Below are positions 43,801-58,600 of a DNA stretch of 64,000 bases, piece by piece (position 1 is the stretch's first letter; each line of letters opens with the position of its first letter). The translations under genes and the position numbers were made by a program. The DNA lies in NCBI RefSeq assembly GCF_009914755.1, contig NC_060937.1; one strand, 5' to 3'. The notes under the pieces are model-generated. The model had not been told where the DNA came from and made no database searches. It was given only the letters and a program-made list of their open reading frames with translations. The stretch is from the human T2T-CHM13v2.0 reference genome, Homo sapiens.

Positions 43801-46650
43801 ATATACTGTACATAAAATATCAAAGTACCCAAGGTATATATTCTATACTGTACAAAAAATAACAAAGTACCAAAAGCATGTATAATATACTGTACATAAA
43901 ATATGAAAGTACATCAAATATATACTTTATTCTGTACATAAAATATCAAAGTACACCAGATATATATTCTATACTGTACATAAAATATCAAAGTACCCAA
44001 ACTATACATTATATACTGTAAATAAAATATGAAATTACATCAAATATATTTTATATTAGGTACATAAAATATGAAAGTACATCAAATATATATTTTATTC
44101 TGTACATAAAATATCAAACTACACCAGATATATATTCTATAGTGTACATAAAATATCAAAGTACCCAAACTATACATTATATACTGTACATAAAATATGA
44201 AATTACATCAAATATATTTTATATTAGGTACATAAAATATGAAAGTACATCAAATATAGATTATATACTGTACATTAAATACCAAAGTACCCCAAATATA
44301 TATTTTATACTGTACATGAAATATCAAAGTTCACAAACTATATATTATATACTGTACATATAATATCAAAGTACCCAAGGTATATATTCTATACTGTACA
44401 AAAAATAACAAAGTACCAAAAGCATGTATTATATACTGTACCTAAAATATGAAAGTACATCAAATATATATTTTATTCTGTACATAAAATATCAAAGTAC
44501 ACCAGATATATATTCTATAGTGTACATAAAATATCAAAGTACCCAAACTATACATTATATACTGTACATAAAATATGAAATTACATCAAATATATATTAT
44601 ATTAGGTACATAAAATATGGAAGTACATGAAATATAGATTATATACTGTACATAAAATAGCAAGGTACCCCAAATATATATTATATACTCTACATGAAAT
44701 ATCAAAGTTCACAAACTATATATTATATACTGTACATAAAATATCAAAGTACCCAAGGTATATATTCTATACTGTACAAAAAATAACAAAGTAGCAAAAG
44801 CATGTATAATATACTGTACATAAAATATGAAAGTACAACAAATATATATTTTATTCTGTACATAAAATATCAAAGTACACCCGATATATATTCTATAGTG
44901 TACATAAAATATCAAAGTACCCAAACTATACATTATATACTGTAAATAAAATATGAAATTACATCAAATATATTTTATATTAGGTACATAAAATATGAAA
45001 GTACATCAAATATATATTTTATTCTGTACATAAAATATCAAAGTACACCAGATATATATTGTATACTGTACATAAAATATCAAAGTACCCAAACTATACG
45101 TTATATACTGTACATAAAATATGAAATTACATCAAATATATTTTATATTGGGTACATAAAATATGAAAGTACATCAAATACAGATTATATACTGTACATT
45201 AAATACCAAAGTACCCCAAATATATATTTTATACTGTACATGAAATATCAAATTTCACAAACTATATATTATATAATGTACATATAATATCAAAGTACCC
45301 AAGGTATATATTCTATACTGTACAAAAAATAACAAAGTACCAAAAGCATGTATTATATACTGTACCTAAAATATGAAAGTACATCAGATATATATTTTAT
45401 TCTGTACATAAAATATCAAAGTACACCAGATATATATTCTATAGTGTACATAAAATATCAAAGTACCCAAACGATACATTATATACTGTACATAAAATAT
45501 GAAATTACATCAAATATATATTATATTAGGTACATAAAATATGAAAGTACATGAAATATAGATTATATACTGTACATAAAATATCAAGGTACCCCAAATA
45601 TATATTATATACTCTACATGAAATATCAAAGTTCTGAAACTATATATTATATACTGTACATAAAATATCAAAGTACCCAAGGTATATATTCTATACTGTA
45701 CAAAAAATAACAAAGTACCAAAAGCATGTATAATATACTGTACATAAAATATGAAAGTACATCGAATATATATTTTATTCTTTACATAAAATATCAAAGT
45801 ACACCAGATTTATATTCTATAGTGTACATAAAATATCAAAGTACCCAAACTATACATTATATACTGTAAATAAAATATGAAATTACATCAAATATATTTT
45901 ATATTAGGTACATAAAATATGAAAGTACATCAAATATATATTTTATTCTGTACATAAAATATCAAAGTACACCAGATATATATTCTATAGTGTACATAAA
46001 ATATCAAATTACCCAAACTATACATTATATACTGTACATAAAATATGAAATTACATCAAATATATTTTATATTAGGTACATAAAATATGAAAGTACATCA
46101 AATATAGATTATATACTGTACATTAAATACCAAATTACCCCAAATATATATTTTATACTGTACATGAAATATCAAAGTTCACAAACTATGTATTATATAC
46201 TGTACATATAATATCAAAGTACCCAAGGTATATATTCTATACTGTACAAAAAATAACAAAGTACCAAAAGCATGTATAATATACTGTACATAAAATATGA
46301 AAGTACATCAAATATATATTTTATTCTGTACATAAAATATCAAAGTACACCAGATATATATTCTATAGTGTACATAAAATATCAAAGTACCCAAACTATA
46401 CATTATATACTGTAAATAAAATATGAAATTACATCAAATATATTTTATATTAGGTACATAAAATATGAAAGTACATCAAATATATATTTTATTCTGTACA
46501 TAAAATATCAAAGTACACCAGATATATATTCTATAGTGTACATAAAATATCAAAGTACCCAAACGATACATTATATACTGTACATAAAATATGAAATTAC
46601 CTCAAATATATATTATATTAGGTACATAAAATATGAAAGTACATGAAATA
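37900..46650. repeat. Block collinear with ~880-3900 and ~6700-16290 (offsets step 37,033 > 33,844 > 34,222 > 31,450 > 30,358)
   Basis: ORF pairs 1889/38922, 2939/39972, 7633/41477, 8060/41904, 9440/43662, 13259/44709, 14990/45348 and 15632/45990. The steps after 33,844 equal the 378, 2772 and 1470-378 bp events seen in the left copy. Confidence 0.85.
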
Positions 46651-49600
46651 TAAATTATATACTGTACATAAAATATGAAATTACATCAAATATATATTAT
46701 ATTAGGTACTTAAAATATGAAAGTACATCAAATATAAATTATATACTGTACATGAAATACCAAAGTACCCCAAATATATATTATATACTGTACATGCAAT
46801 ATCAAAGTTCACAAACTATATATCATATACTGTACATAAAAAATCAAAGTACCGAAGGTATATATTCTATAGTGTACAAAAAATATGAAAGTACGCAAAG
46901 CATGTATTATATACTGTACATAAAATATGAAAGTACATCAAATATATATTTTATTCTGTACATAAAACATCAAAGTACACCAAATATTTATTCTATAGTG
47001 TACATTAAATATCAAAGTACCCAAGCTATACATTATATACTGTACATAAAATATGAAATTACATCAAATATATATTATATTAGGTACATAAAATATGAAA
47101 GTACATCAAATATATATTATATACTGTACATAAAATACCAAAGTACCCCAAATTCATATTATATACTGTACATGAAATATCAAAGTTCACAAACTATATA
47201 TTATATACTGTACATAAAATATCAAAGTACCCAAGGTATATATTCTATACTGTACAAAAAATATCAAAGTACCCAAAGCATGTATTATATACTGTACATA
47301 AAATATGAAAGTACATCAAATATATATTTTATTCTGTACATAAAATATCAAAGTACACCAGATATATATTCTATAGTGTACATAAAATATCAAAGTACCC
47401 AAACTATACATTATATACTGTACATGAAATATGAAATTACATCAAATATATATTATATTAGGTACATAAAATATGAAAGTACATCAAATATAAATTATAT
47501 ACTGTACATAAAATACCAAAGTACCCCAAATATATATTACATACTGTACATGAAATAGCAAAGTTCACAAACTATATATTTTATACTGTACATAAAATAT
47601 CAAAGTACCAAAGGTATATATTCTATACTGTACAAAAAATATAAAAGTACCCAAAACATGTATCATATACTGTACATAAAATATGAAAGTACATCAAATA
47701 TATATTTTATTCTGTACATAAAATATCAAAGTACACCAAATATATATTCTATAGTGTACATAAAATATCAAAGTACCCAAACTATACATTTTATACTGTA
47801 CATAAAATATGAAATTATATCAAATATATATTACATTAGGTACATAAAATATGAAAGTACATCAAATATAGATTATATACTGTACATAAAATATCAAAGT
47901 ACCCCAAATATATATTATATACTGTACATGAAATATCAAAGTTCACAAACTATATATTATATACTGTACATAAAATATCAAAGTACCCAAGGTATATATT
48001 CTGTACTGTACAAAAAATATCAAAGTACCCAAAGCATGTATTATATACTGTACATAAAATATGAAAGTACATCAAATAAATGTTTTATTCTGTACATAAA
48101 ATATCAAAGTACACCAAATATATATTCTACAGTGTACATAAAATATCAAAGTACCCAAACTATACATTATAAACTGTACATAAAATATGAAATTACATCA
48201 ATATATACTATATTATGTACATAAAATATGAAAGTACATCAAATATAGATTATATACTGTACATAAAATACCAAAGTACACCAAATATATATTTTATACT
48301 GTACATGCAATATCAAAGTTCACAAACTATATATTATATACTGTACATAAAATATCAAAGTACCGAAGCTATATATTCTATACTGTACAAAAAATATCAA
48401 AGTACCCAAAGCATGTATTATATACTGTACATAAAATATGAAAGTACATCAAATATATATTTTATTCTGTACATAAAATATCAAAGTACACCAAATATAT
48501 ATTCTATAGTGTACATAAAATATCAAAGTACCCAAACTATACATTATATACTGTACATAAAATATGAAATTACATCAAATATATATTATATTAGGTACAT
48601 AAAATATCAAAGTACATCAAATATAGATTATATACTGTACATAAAATACCAAAGTACCCCAAATACATATTATATACTGTACATTAAATATCAAAGTTCA
48701 CAAACTATATATTATATACTGTACATAAAATACCAAAGTACCCAAGGTATATATTCTATACTGTGCAAAAAATATCAAAGTACCCAAAGCATGTATTATA
48801 TACTGTACATAAAATATGAAAGTATATCAAATATATATTTTATTCTGTACATAAAATATCAAAGTACACCAAATATATATTCTATAGTGTACATAAAATA
48901 TCAAAATACCCAAACTATACATTATATACTGTACATAAAATATGAAATTACATCAAATATATATTATATTAGGTACATAAAATATGAAAGTACATCAAAT
49001 ATAAATTATATACTGTACATAAAATACCAAAGTACCCCAAATATATATTATATACTGTACATGCAATATCAAAGTTCACAAACTATATATCATATACTGT
49101 ACATAAAATATCAAAGTACCGAAGGTATATATTCTATACTGTACAAAAAATATCAAAGTACCCAAAGCATGTATTATATACTGTACATAAAATATGAAAG
49201 TACATCAAATATATATTTTATTCTGTACATAAAATATCAAAGTACACCAGATATATATTCTATAGTGTACATAAAATATCAAAGTACCCAAACTATACAT
49301 TATATACTGTACATAAAATATGAAATTACATCAAATATATATTACCTTAGGTACATAAAATATGAAAGTACATCATATATAGATTATATACTGTACATAA
49401 AATATCAAAGTATCCCAAATATATATTATATACTGTACATGAAATATCAAAGTTCACAAACTATATGTTATATACTGTACATGAAATATGAAAGTACCCA
49501 ATGTATATATTCTATATTGTACAAAAAATATCAAAGTACCCAAAGCATGTATTATATACTGTACATAAAATATGAAAGTACATCAAATATATATTTTATT

Positions 49601-52600
49601 CTGTACATAAAATATCAAAGTACACTAAATATATATTCTATAGTGTACATAAAATATCAAATTACGCAAACTATACATTATATACTGTACATAAAATATG
49701 AAATTACATCAAATATATATTATATTAGGTACATAAAATATGAAAGTACATCAAATATAGATTATATACTGTACATAAAATACCAAAGTACCGCAAATAT
49801 ATATTATATACTGTACATGAAATATCAAAGTTCACAAACTATATATTATATACTGTACATAAAATATCAAAGTACCCAAGGTATATATTCTATACTCTAC
49901 AAAAAATATCAAAGTACCCAAAGCGTGTATTATATACGGTACATAAAATATGAATGTACATCAAATATATATTTTATTCTGTACATAAAATATCAAAGTA
50001 CACTAAATATATATTCTATAGTGTACATAAAATATCAAAGTACCCAAACTATACATTATATACTGTACATAAAATGTGAAATTACATCAAATATATATTA
50101 TATTAGGTACATAAAATATGAAAGTACATCAAATATAGATTACATACTGTACATAAAATACCAAAGTACCCCAAATACATATTATATACTGTACATGAAA
50201 TATCAAAGTTCACAAACTATATATTATATACTGTACATAAAATATCAAAGTACCCAAGGTATATATTCTATACTGTGCAAAAAATATCAAAGTACCCAAA
50301 GCATGTATTATATACTGTACATAAAATATGAAAGTACATCAAATATATATTTTATTCTGTACATAAAATATCAAAGTACACTAAATATATATTCTATAGT
50401 GTACATAAAATATCAAAGTACCCAAACTATACATTATATACTGTACATAAAATGTGAAATTACATCAAATATATATTATATTAGGTACATAAAATATGAA
50501 AGTACATCAAATATAGATTATATACTGTACATAAAATACCAAAGTACCCCAAATACATATTATATACTGTACATGAAATATCAAAGTTCACAAACTATAT
50601 ATTATATACTGTACATAAAATATCAAAGTACCCAAGGTATATATTCTATACTGTACAAAAAATATCAAAGTACCCCAAGCAAGTATTATATACTGTACAT
50701 AAAATATGAAAGTACATCAAATATATATTTTATTCTGTACATAAAGTATCAAAGTACACCAAATATATATTCTATAGTGTACATAAAATATCAAAGTACC
50801 CAAACTATACATTATATACTGTACATAAAATATGAAATTACATCAAATATATATTATATTAGGTACTTAAAATATGAAAGTACATCAAATATAAATTATA
50901 TACTGTACATAAAATACCAAAGTACCCCAAATATATATTATATACTGTACATGCAATATCAAAGTTCACAAACTATTTATCATATACTGTACATAAAATA
51001 TCAAAGTACCGAAGGTATATATTCTATAGTGTACAAAAAATATGAAAGTACGCAAAGTATGTATTATACACTGTACATAAAATATGAAAGTACATCAAAT
51101 ATATATTTTATTCTGTACATAAAATATCAAAGTACACCAAATATATATTCTATAGTGTACATAAAATATCAAAGTACCCAAACTATACATTATATACAGT
51201 ACATAAAATATGAAATTACATCAAATATATATTATAATAGGTACATAAAATATGAAAGTACATCAAATATAAATTATATACTGTACATAAAATACCACAG
51301 AACCCCAAATATATATTATATACTGTACATGAAATATCAAAGTTCACAAACTATATATTATATACTGTATATAAAATATCAAAGTACCCAAGGTATATAT
51401 TCTATACTGTACAAAAAATATCAAAGTACCCAAAGCATGTATTATATACTGTTCATAAAATATGAAAGTACATCAAATATATATTTTATTCTGTACATAA
51501 AATATCAAAGTACAGCAAATATATATTCTATAGTGTACATTAAATATCAAAGTACCCAAACTATACATTATATACTGTACATAAAATATGAAATTACATC
51601 AAATATATATTATATTAGGTACATAAAATATGAAAGTACATCAAATATAGATTATATACTGTACATAAAATACCAAAGTACCCCAAGTACATATTATATA
51701 CTGTACATGAAATATCAAAGTTCACAAACTATATATTATATACTGTACATAAAATATCAAAGTACCCAAGGTATATATTCTATACTGTACAAAAAATATC
51801 AAAGTACCCAAAGCAAGTATTATATACTGTACATAAAATATTAAAGTACATCAAATATATATTTTATTCTGTACATAAAGTATCAAAGTACACCAAATAT
51901 ATATTCCATAGTGTACATAAAATATCAAAGTACCCAAACTATAAATTATATACTGTACATAAAATATGAAATTACATCAAATATATATTATATTAGGTAC
52001 TTAAAATATGAAAGTACATCAAATATAAATTATATACTGTACATAAAATACCAAAGTACCCCAAATATATATTATATACTGTACATGCAATATCAAAGTT
52101 CACAAACTATATATCATATACTGTACATAAAATATCAAAGTACCGAAAGTATATATTCTATAGTGTACAAAAAATATGAAAGTACGCAAAGCATGTATTA
52201 TATACTGTACATAAAATATTAAAGTACATCAAATATATATTTTATTCTGTACATAAAACATCAAAGTACACCAAATATATATTCTATAGTGTACATAAAA
52301 TATCAAAGTACCAAACTATACGTTATATACAGTACATAAAATATGAAATTACATCAAATATATATTATAATAGGTACATAAAATATGAAAGTACATCAAA
52401 TATACATTATATACTGTACATAAAATACCAAAGAACCCCAAATATATATTATATACTGTACATGAAATATCAAAGTTCACAAACTATATATTATATACTG
52501 TATATAAAATATCAAAGTACCCAAGGTATATATTCTATACTGTACAAAAAATATCAAAGTACCCAAAGCATGTATTATATACTGTTCATAAAATATGAAA

Positions 52601-55600
52601 GTACATAAAATATATATTTTATTCTGTACATAAAATATCAAAGTACACCAAATATATATTCTATAGTGTACATAAAATATCAAACTACCCAAACTATACA
52701 TTATATACTGTACATAAAATATGAAATTACATCAAATATATATTATATTAGGTACATAAAATATGAAAGTACATCAAATATAGATTATATACTGTACATA
52801 AAATACCAAAGTACCCCAAATACATATTATATACTGTACATTAAATATCAAAGTTCACAAACTATATATTATATACTGTACATAAAATATCAAAGTACCC
52901 AAGGTATATATTCTATACTGTGCAAAAAATATCAAAGTACCCAAAGCAAGTATTATATACTGTACATAAAATATGAAAGTACATCAAATATATATTTTAT
53001 TCTGTACATAAAATATCAAAGTACACCAAATATATATTCTATAGTGTACATAAAATATCAAAGTACCCAAACTATACATTATATACTGTACATAAAATAT
53101 GAAATTACATCAAATATATATTTCTTTAGGTACATAAAATATGAAAGTACATCAAATATAGATTATATACTGTACATAAAATATCAAAGTACCCCAAATA
53201 TATATTATATACTGTACATGAAATATCAAAGTTCACAAACTATATATTATATACTGTACATAAAATATCAAAGTACCCAAGGTATATATTCTATACTGCA
53301 CAAAAAATATCAAAGTACCCAAAGCATGTATTATATACTGTACATAAAATATGAAAGTACATCAAATAAATATTTTATTCTGTACATAAAATATCAAAGT
53401 ACACCAAATATATATTCTATAGTGTACATAAAATATCAAAGTACCCAAACTATACATTATAAACTGTACATAAAATATGAAATTATATCAAATATATACT
53501 ATATTATGTACATAAAATATGAAAGTACATCAAATATAGATTATATACTGTACATGAAATACCAAAGTACCCCAAATAAATATTTTATACTGTACATGCA
53601 ATATCAAAGTTCACAAACTATATATTATATACTGTACATAAAATATCAAAGTACCGAAGGTATATATTCTATACTGTACAAAAAATATCAAAGTACCCAA
53701 AGCATGTATTATATACTGTACATAAAATAAGAAAGTACATCAAATATATATTTTATTCTGTACATAAAATATCAAAGTACACCAAATATATATTCTATAG
53801 TGTACATAAAATATCAAAGTACCCAAACTATATATTATATACTGTACATAAAATATGAAATTACATCAAATATATATTATATTAGGTACATTAAATATGA
53901 AAGTACATCAAATATAAATTATATACAGTACATAAAATACCAAAGTACCCCAAATATATATTATATACTGTACATGCAATATCAAAGTTCACAAACTATA
54001 TATCATATACTGTACATAAAATATCAAAGTACCGAAGGTATATATTCTATACTGTACAAAAAATATCAAAGTACGCAAAGCATGTATTATATACTGTACA
54101 TAAAATATGAAAGTACATCAAATATATATTTTATTCTGTACATAAAATATCAAAGTACACCAAATATATATTCTATAGTGTACATAAAATATCAAAGTAC
54201 CCAAACTATACATTACATACTGTACATAAAATATGAAACTACATCAAATATATATTATAATAGGTACATAAAATATGAAAGTACATCAAATATAAATTAT
54301 ATACTGTACATAAAATACCAAAGTACCCCAAATACATATTATATACTGTACATGAAATATCAAAGTTCACAAACTATATATTATATACTGTACATAAAAT
54401 ATCAAAGTACCCAAGGTATATATTCTATACTGTGCAAAAAATATCAAAGTACCCAAAGCATGTATTATATACTGTACATAAAATATGAAAGTACATCAAA
54501 TATATATTTTATTCTGTACATAAAATATCAAAGTACACTAAATATATATTCTATAGTGTACATAAAATATCAAAGTACCCAAACTATACATTATATACTG
54601 TACATAAAATGTGAAATTACATCAAATATATATTATATTAGGTACATAAAATATGAAAGTACATCAAATATAGATTATATACTGTACATAAAATACCAAA
54701 GTACCCCAAATACATATTATATACTGTACATGAAATATCAAAGTTCACAAACTATATATTATATACTGTACATAAAATATCAAAGTACCCAAGGTATATA
54801 TTCTATACTGTACAAAAAATATCAAAGTACCCCAAGCAAGTATTATATACTGTACATAAAATATGAAAGTACATCAAATATATATTTTATTCTGTACATA
54901 AAGTATCAAAGTACACCAAATATATATTCTATAGTGTACATAAAATATCAAAGTACCCAAACTATACATTATATACTGTACATAAAATATGAAATTACAT
55001 CAAATATATATTATATTAGGTACTTAAAATATGAAAGTACATCAAATATAAATTATATACTGTACATAAAATACCAAAGTACCCCAAATATATATTATAT
55101 ACTGTACATGCAATATCAAAGTTCACAAACTATTTATCATATACTGTACATAAAATATCAAAGTACCGAAGGTATATATTCTATAGTGTACAAAAAATAT
55201 GAAAGTACGCAAAGTATGTATTATACACTGTACATAAAATATGAAAGTACATCAAATATATATTTTATTCTGTACATAAAATATCAAAGTACACCAAATA
55301 TATATTCTATAGTGTACATAAAATATCAAAGTACCCAAACTATACATTATATACAGTACATAAAATATGAAATTACATCAAATATATATTATAATAGGTA
55401 CATAAAATATGAAAGTACATCAAATATAAATTATATACTGTACATAAAATACCACAGAACCCCAAATATATATTATATACTGTACATGAAATATCAAAGT
55501 TCACAAACTATATATTATATACTGTATATAAAATATCAAAGTACCCAAGGTATATATTCTATACTGTACAAAAAATATCAAAGTACCCAAAGCATGTATT

Positions 55601-58600
55601 ATATACTGTTCATAAAATATGAAAGTACATCAAATATATATTTTATTCTGTACATAAAATATCAAAGTACAGCAAATATATATTCTATAGTGTACATTAA
55701 ATATCAAAGTACCCAAACTATACATTATATACTGTACATAAAATATGAAATTACATCAAATATATATTATATTAGGTACATAAAATATGAAAGTACATCA
55801 AATATAGATTATATACTGTACATAAAATACCAAAGTACCCCAAGTACATATTATATACTGTACATGAAATATCAAAGTTCACAAACTATATATTATATAC
55901 TGTACATAAAATATCAAAGTACCCAAGGTATATATTCTATACTGTACAAAAAATATCAAAGTACCCAAAGCAAGTATTATATACTGTACATAAAATATTA
56001 AAGTACATCAAATATATATTTTATTCTGTACATAAAGTATCAAAGTACACCAAATATATATTCTATAGTGTACATAAAATATCAAAGTACCCAAACTATA
56101 AATTATATACTGTACATAAAATATGAAATTACATCAAATATATATTATATTAGGTACTTAAAATATGAAAGTACATCAAATATAAATTATATACTGTACA
56201 TAAAATACCAAAGTACCCCAAATATATATTATATACTGTACATGCAATATCAAAGTTCACAAACTATATATCATATACTGTACATAAAATATCAAAGTAC
56301 CGAAAGTATATATTCTATAGTGTACAAAAAATATGAAAGTACGCAAAGCATGTATTATATACTGTACATAAAATATTAAAGTACATCAAATATATATTTT
56401 ATTCTGTACATAAAACATCAAAGTACACCAAATATATATTCTATAGTGTACATAAAATATCAAAGTACCAAACTATACGTTATATACAGTACATAAAATA
56501 TGAAATTACATCAAATATATATTATAATAGGTACATAAAATATGAAAGTACATCAAATATACATTATATACTGTACATAAAATACCAAAGAACCCCAAAT
56601 ATATATTATATACTGTACATGAAATATCAAAGTTCACAAACTATATATTATATACTGTATATAAAATATCAAAGTACCCAAGGTATATATTCTATACTGT
56701 ACAAAAAATATCAAAGTACCCAAAGCATGTATTATATACTGTTCATAAAATATGAAAGTACATAAAATATATATTTTATTCTGTACATAAAATATCAAAG
56801 TACACCAAATATATATTCTATAGTGTACATAAAATATCAAACTACCCAAACTATACATTATATACTGTACATAAAATATGAAATTACATCAAATATATAT
56901 TATATTAGGTACATAAAATATGAAAGTACATCAAATATAGATTATATACTGTACATAAAATACCAAAGTACCCCAAATACATATTATATACTGTACATTA
57001 AATATCAAAGTTCACAAACTATATATTATATACTGTACATAAAATATCAAAGTACCCAAGGTATATATTCTATACTGTGCAAAAAATATCAAAGTACCCA
57101 AAGCAAGTATTATATACTGTACATAAAATATGAAAGTACATCAAATATATATTTTATTCTGTACATAAAATATCAAAGTACACCAAATATATATTCTATA
57201 GTGTACATAAAATATCAAAGTACCCAAAACTATACATTATATACTGTACATAAAATATGAAATTACATCAAATATATATTTCTTTAGGTACATAAAATAT
57301 GAAAGTACATCAAATATAGATTATATACTGTACATAAAATATCAAAGTACCCCAAATATATATTATATACTGTACATGAAATATCAAAGTTCACAAACTA
57401 TATATTATATACTGTACATAAAATATCAAAGTACCCAAGGTATATATTCTATACTGCACAAAAAATATCAAAGTACCCAAAGCATGTATTATATACTGTA
57501 CATAAAATATGAAAGTACATCAAATAAATATTTTATTCTGTACATAAAATATCAAAGTACACCAAATATATATTCTATAGTGTACATAAAATATCAAAGT
57601 ACCCAAACTATACATTATAAACTGTACATAAAATATGAAATTATATCAAATATATACTATATTATGTACATAAAATATGAAAGTACATCAAATATAGATT
57701 ATATACTGTACATGAAATACCAAAGTACCCCAAATAAATATTTTATACTGTACATGCAATATCAAAGTTCACAAACTATATATTATATACTGTACATAAA
57801 ATATCAAAGTACCGAAGGTATATATTCTATACTGTACAAAAAATATCAAAGTACCCAAAGCATGTATTATATACTGTACATAAAATAAGAAAGTACATCA
57901 AATATATATTTTATTCTGTACATAAAATATCAAAGTACACCAAATATATATTCTATAGTGTACATAAAATATCAAAGTACCCAAACTATATATTATATAC
58001 TGTACATAAAATATGAAATTACATCAAATATATATTATATTAGGTACATTAAATATGAAAGTACATCAAATATAAATTATATACAGTACATAAAATACCA
58101 AAGTACCCCAAATATATATTATATACTGTACATGCAATATCAAAGTTCACAAACTATATATCATATACTGTACATAAAATATCAAAGTACCGAAGGTATA
58201 TATTCTATACTGTACAAAAAATATCAAAGTACGCAAAGCATGTATTATATACTGTACATAAAATATGAAAGTACATCAAATATATATTTTATTCTGTACA
58301 TAAAATATCAAAGTACACCAAATATATATTCTATAGTGTACATAAAATATCAAAGTACCCAAACTATACATTACATACTGTACATAAAATATGAAACTAC
58401 ATCAAATATATATTAAAATAGGTACATAAAATATGAAAGTACATCAAATATAAATTATATACTGTACATAAAATACCAAAGTACCCCAAATACATATTAT
58501 ATACTGTACATGAAATATCAAAGTTCACAAACTATATATTATATACTGTACATAAAATATCAAAGTACCCAAGGTATATATTCTATACTGTGCAAAAAAT

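Larger units (their letters stand above)
1..46650. repeat. Left HSat1A sub-array (subtype L): mix of 378-bp 9-mers and 546-bp 13-mers
   Basis: Common diagnostic variants are caccAGATatat in monomer E, aaaaaTAACaaagtaccAAAagc at B/C, gtacATTaaatacc at H/I, gtacCTaaaa, catATAatatc and ctgtAAATAAAa. Monomers D-E-F-G (168 bp) are frequently repeated. Confidence 0.9.

Noticed and set aside
48215-51844. 1209-aa ORF (and the 733-, 549-, 393- and 354-aa ORFs) as protein-coding genes
   Set aside because: They are translations of the 42-bp monomer (14 codons) with no unique N- or C-terminus or recognisable domain. Their ends are set by sporadic point stops and 1-bp indels, and equivalent copies are broken at different places.
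57221-57232. 1-bp insertion distinguishing copy 2 of the 4157-bp unit as a biological event
   Set aside because: It is an extra A in a homopolymer run and cannot be told from a consensus error without reads.
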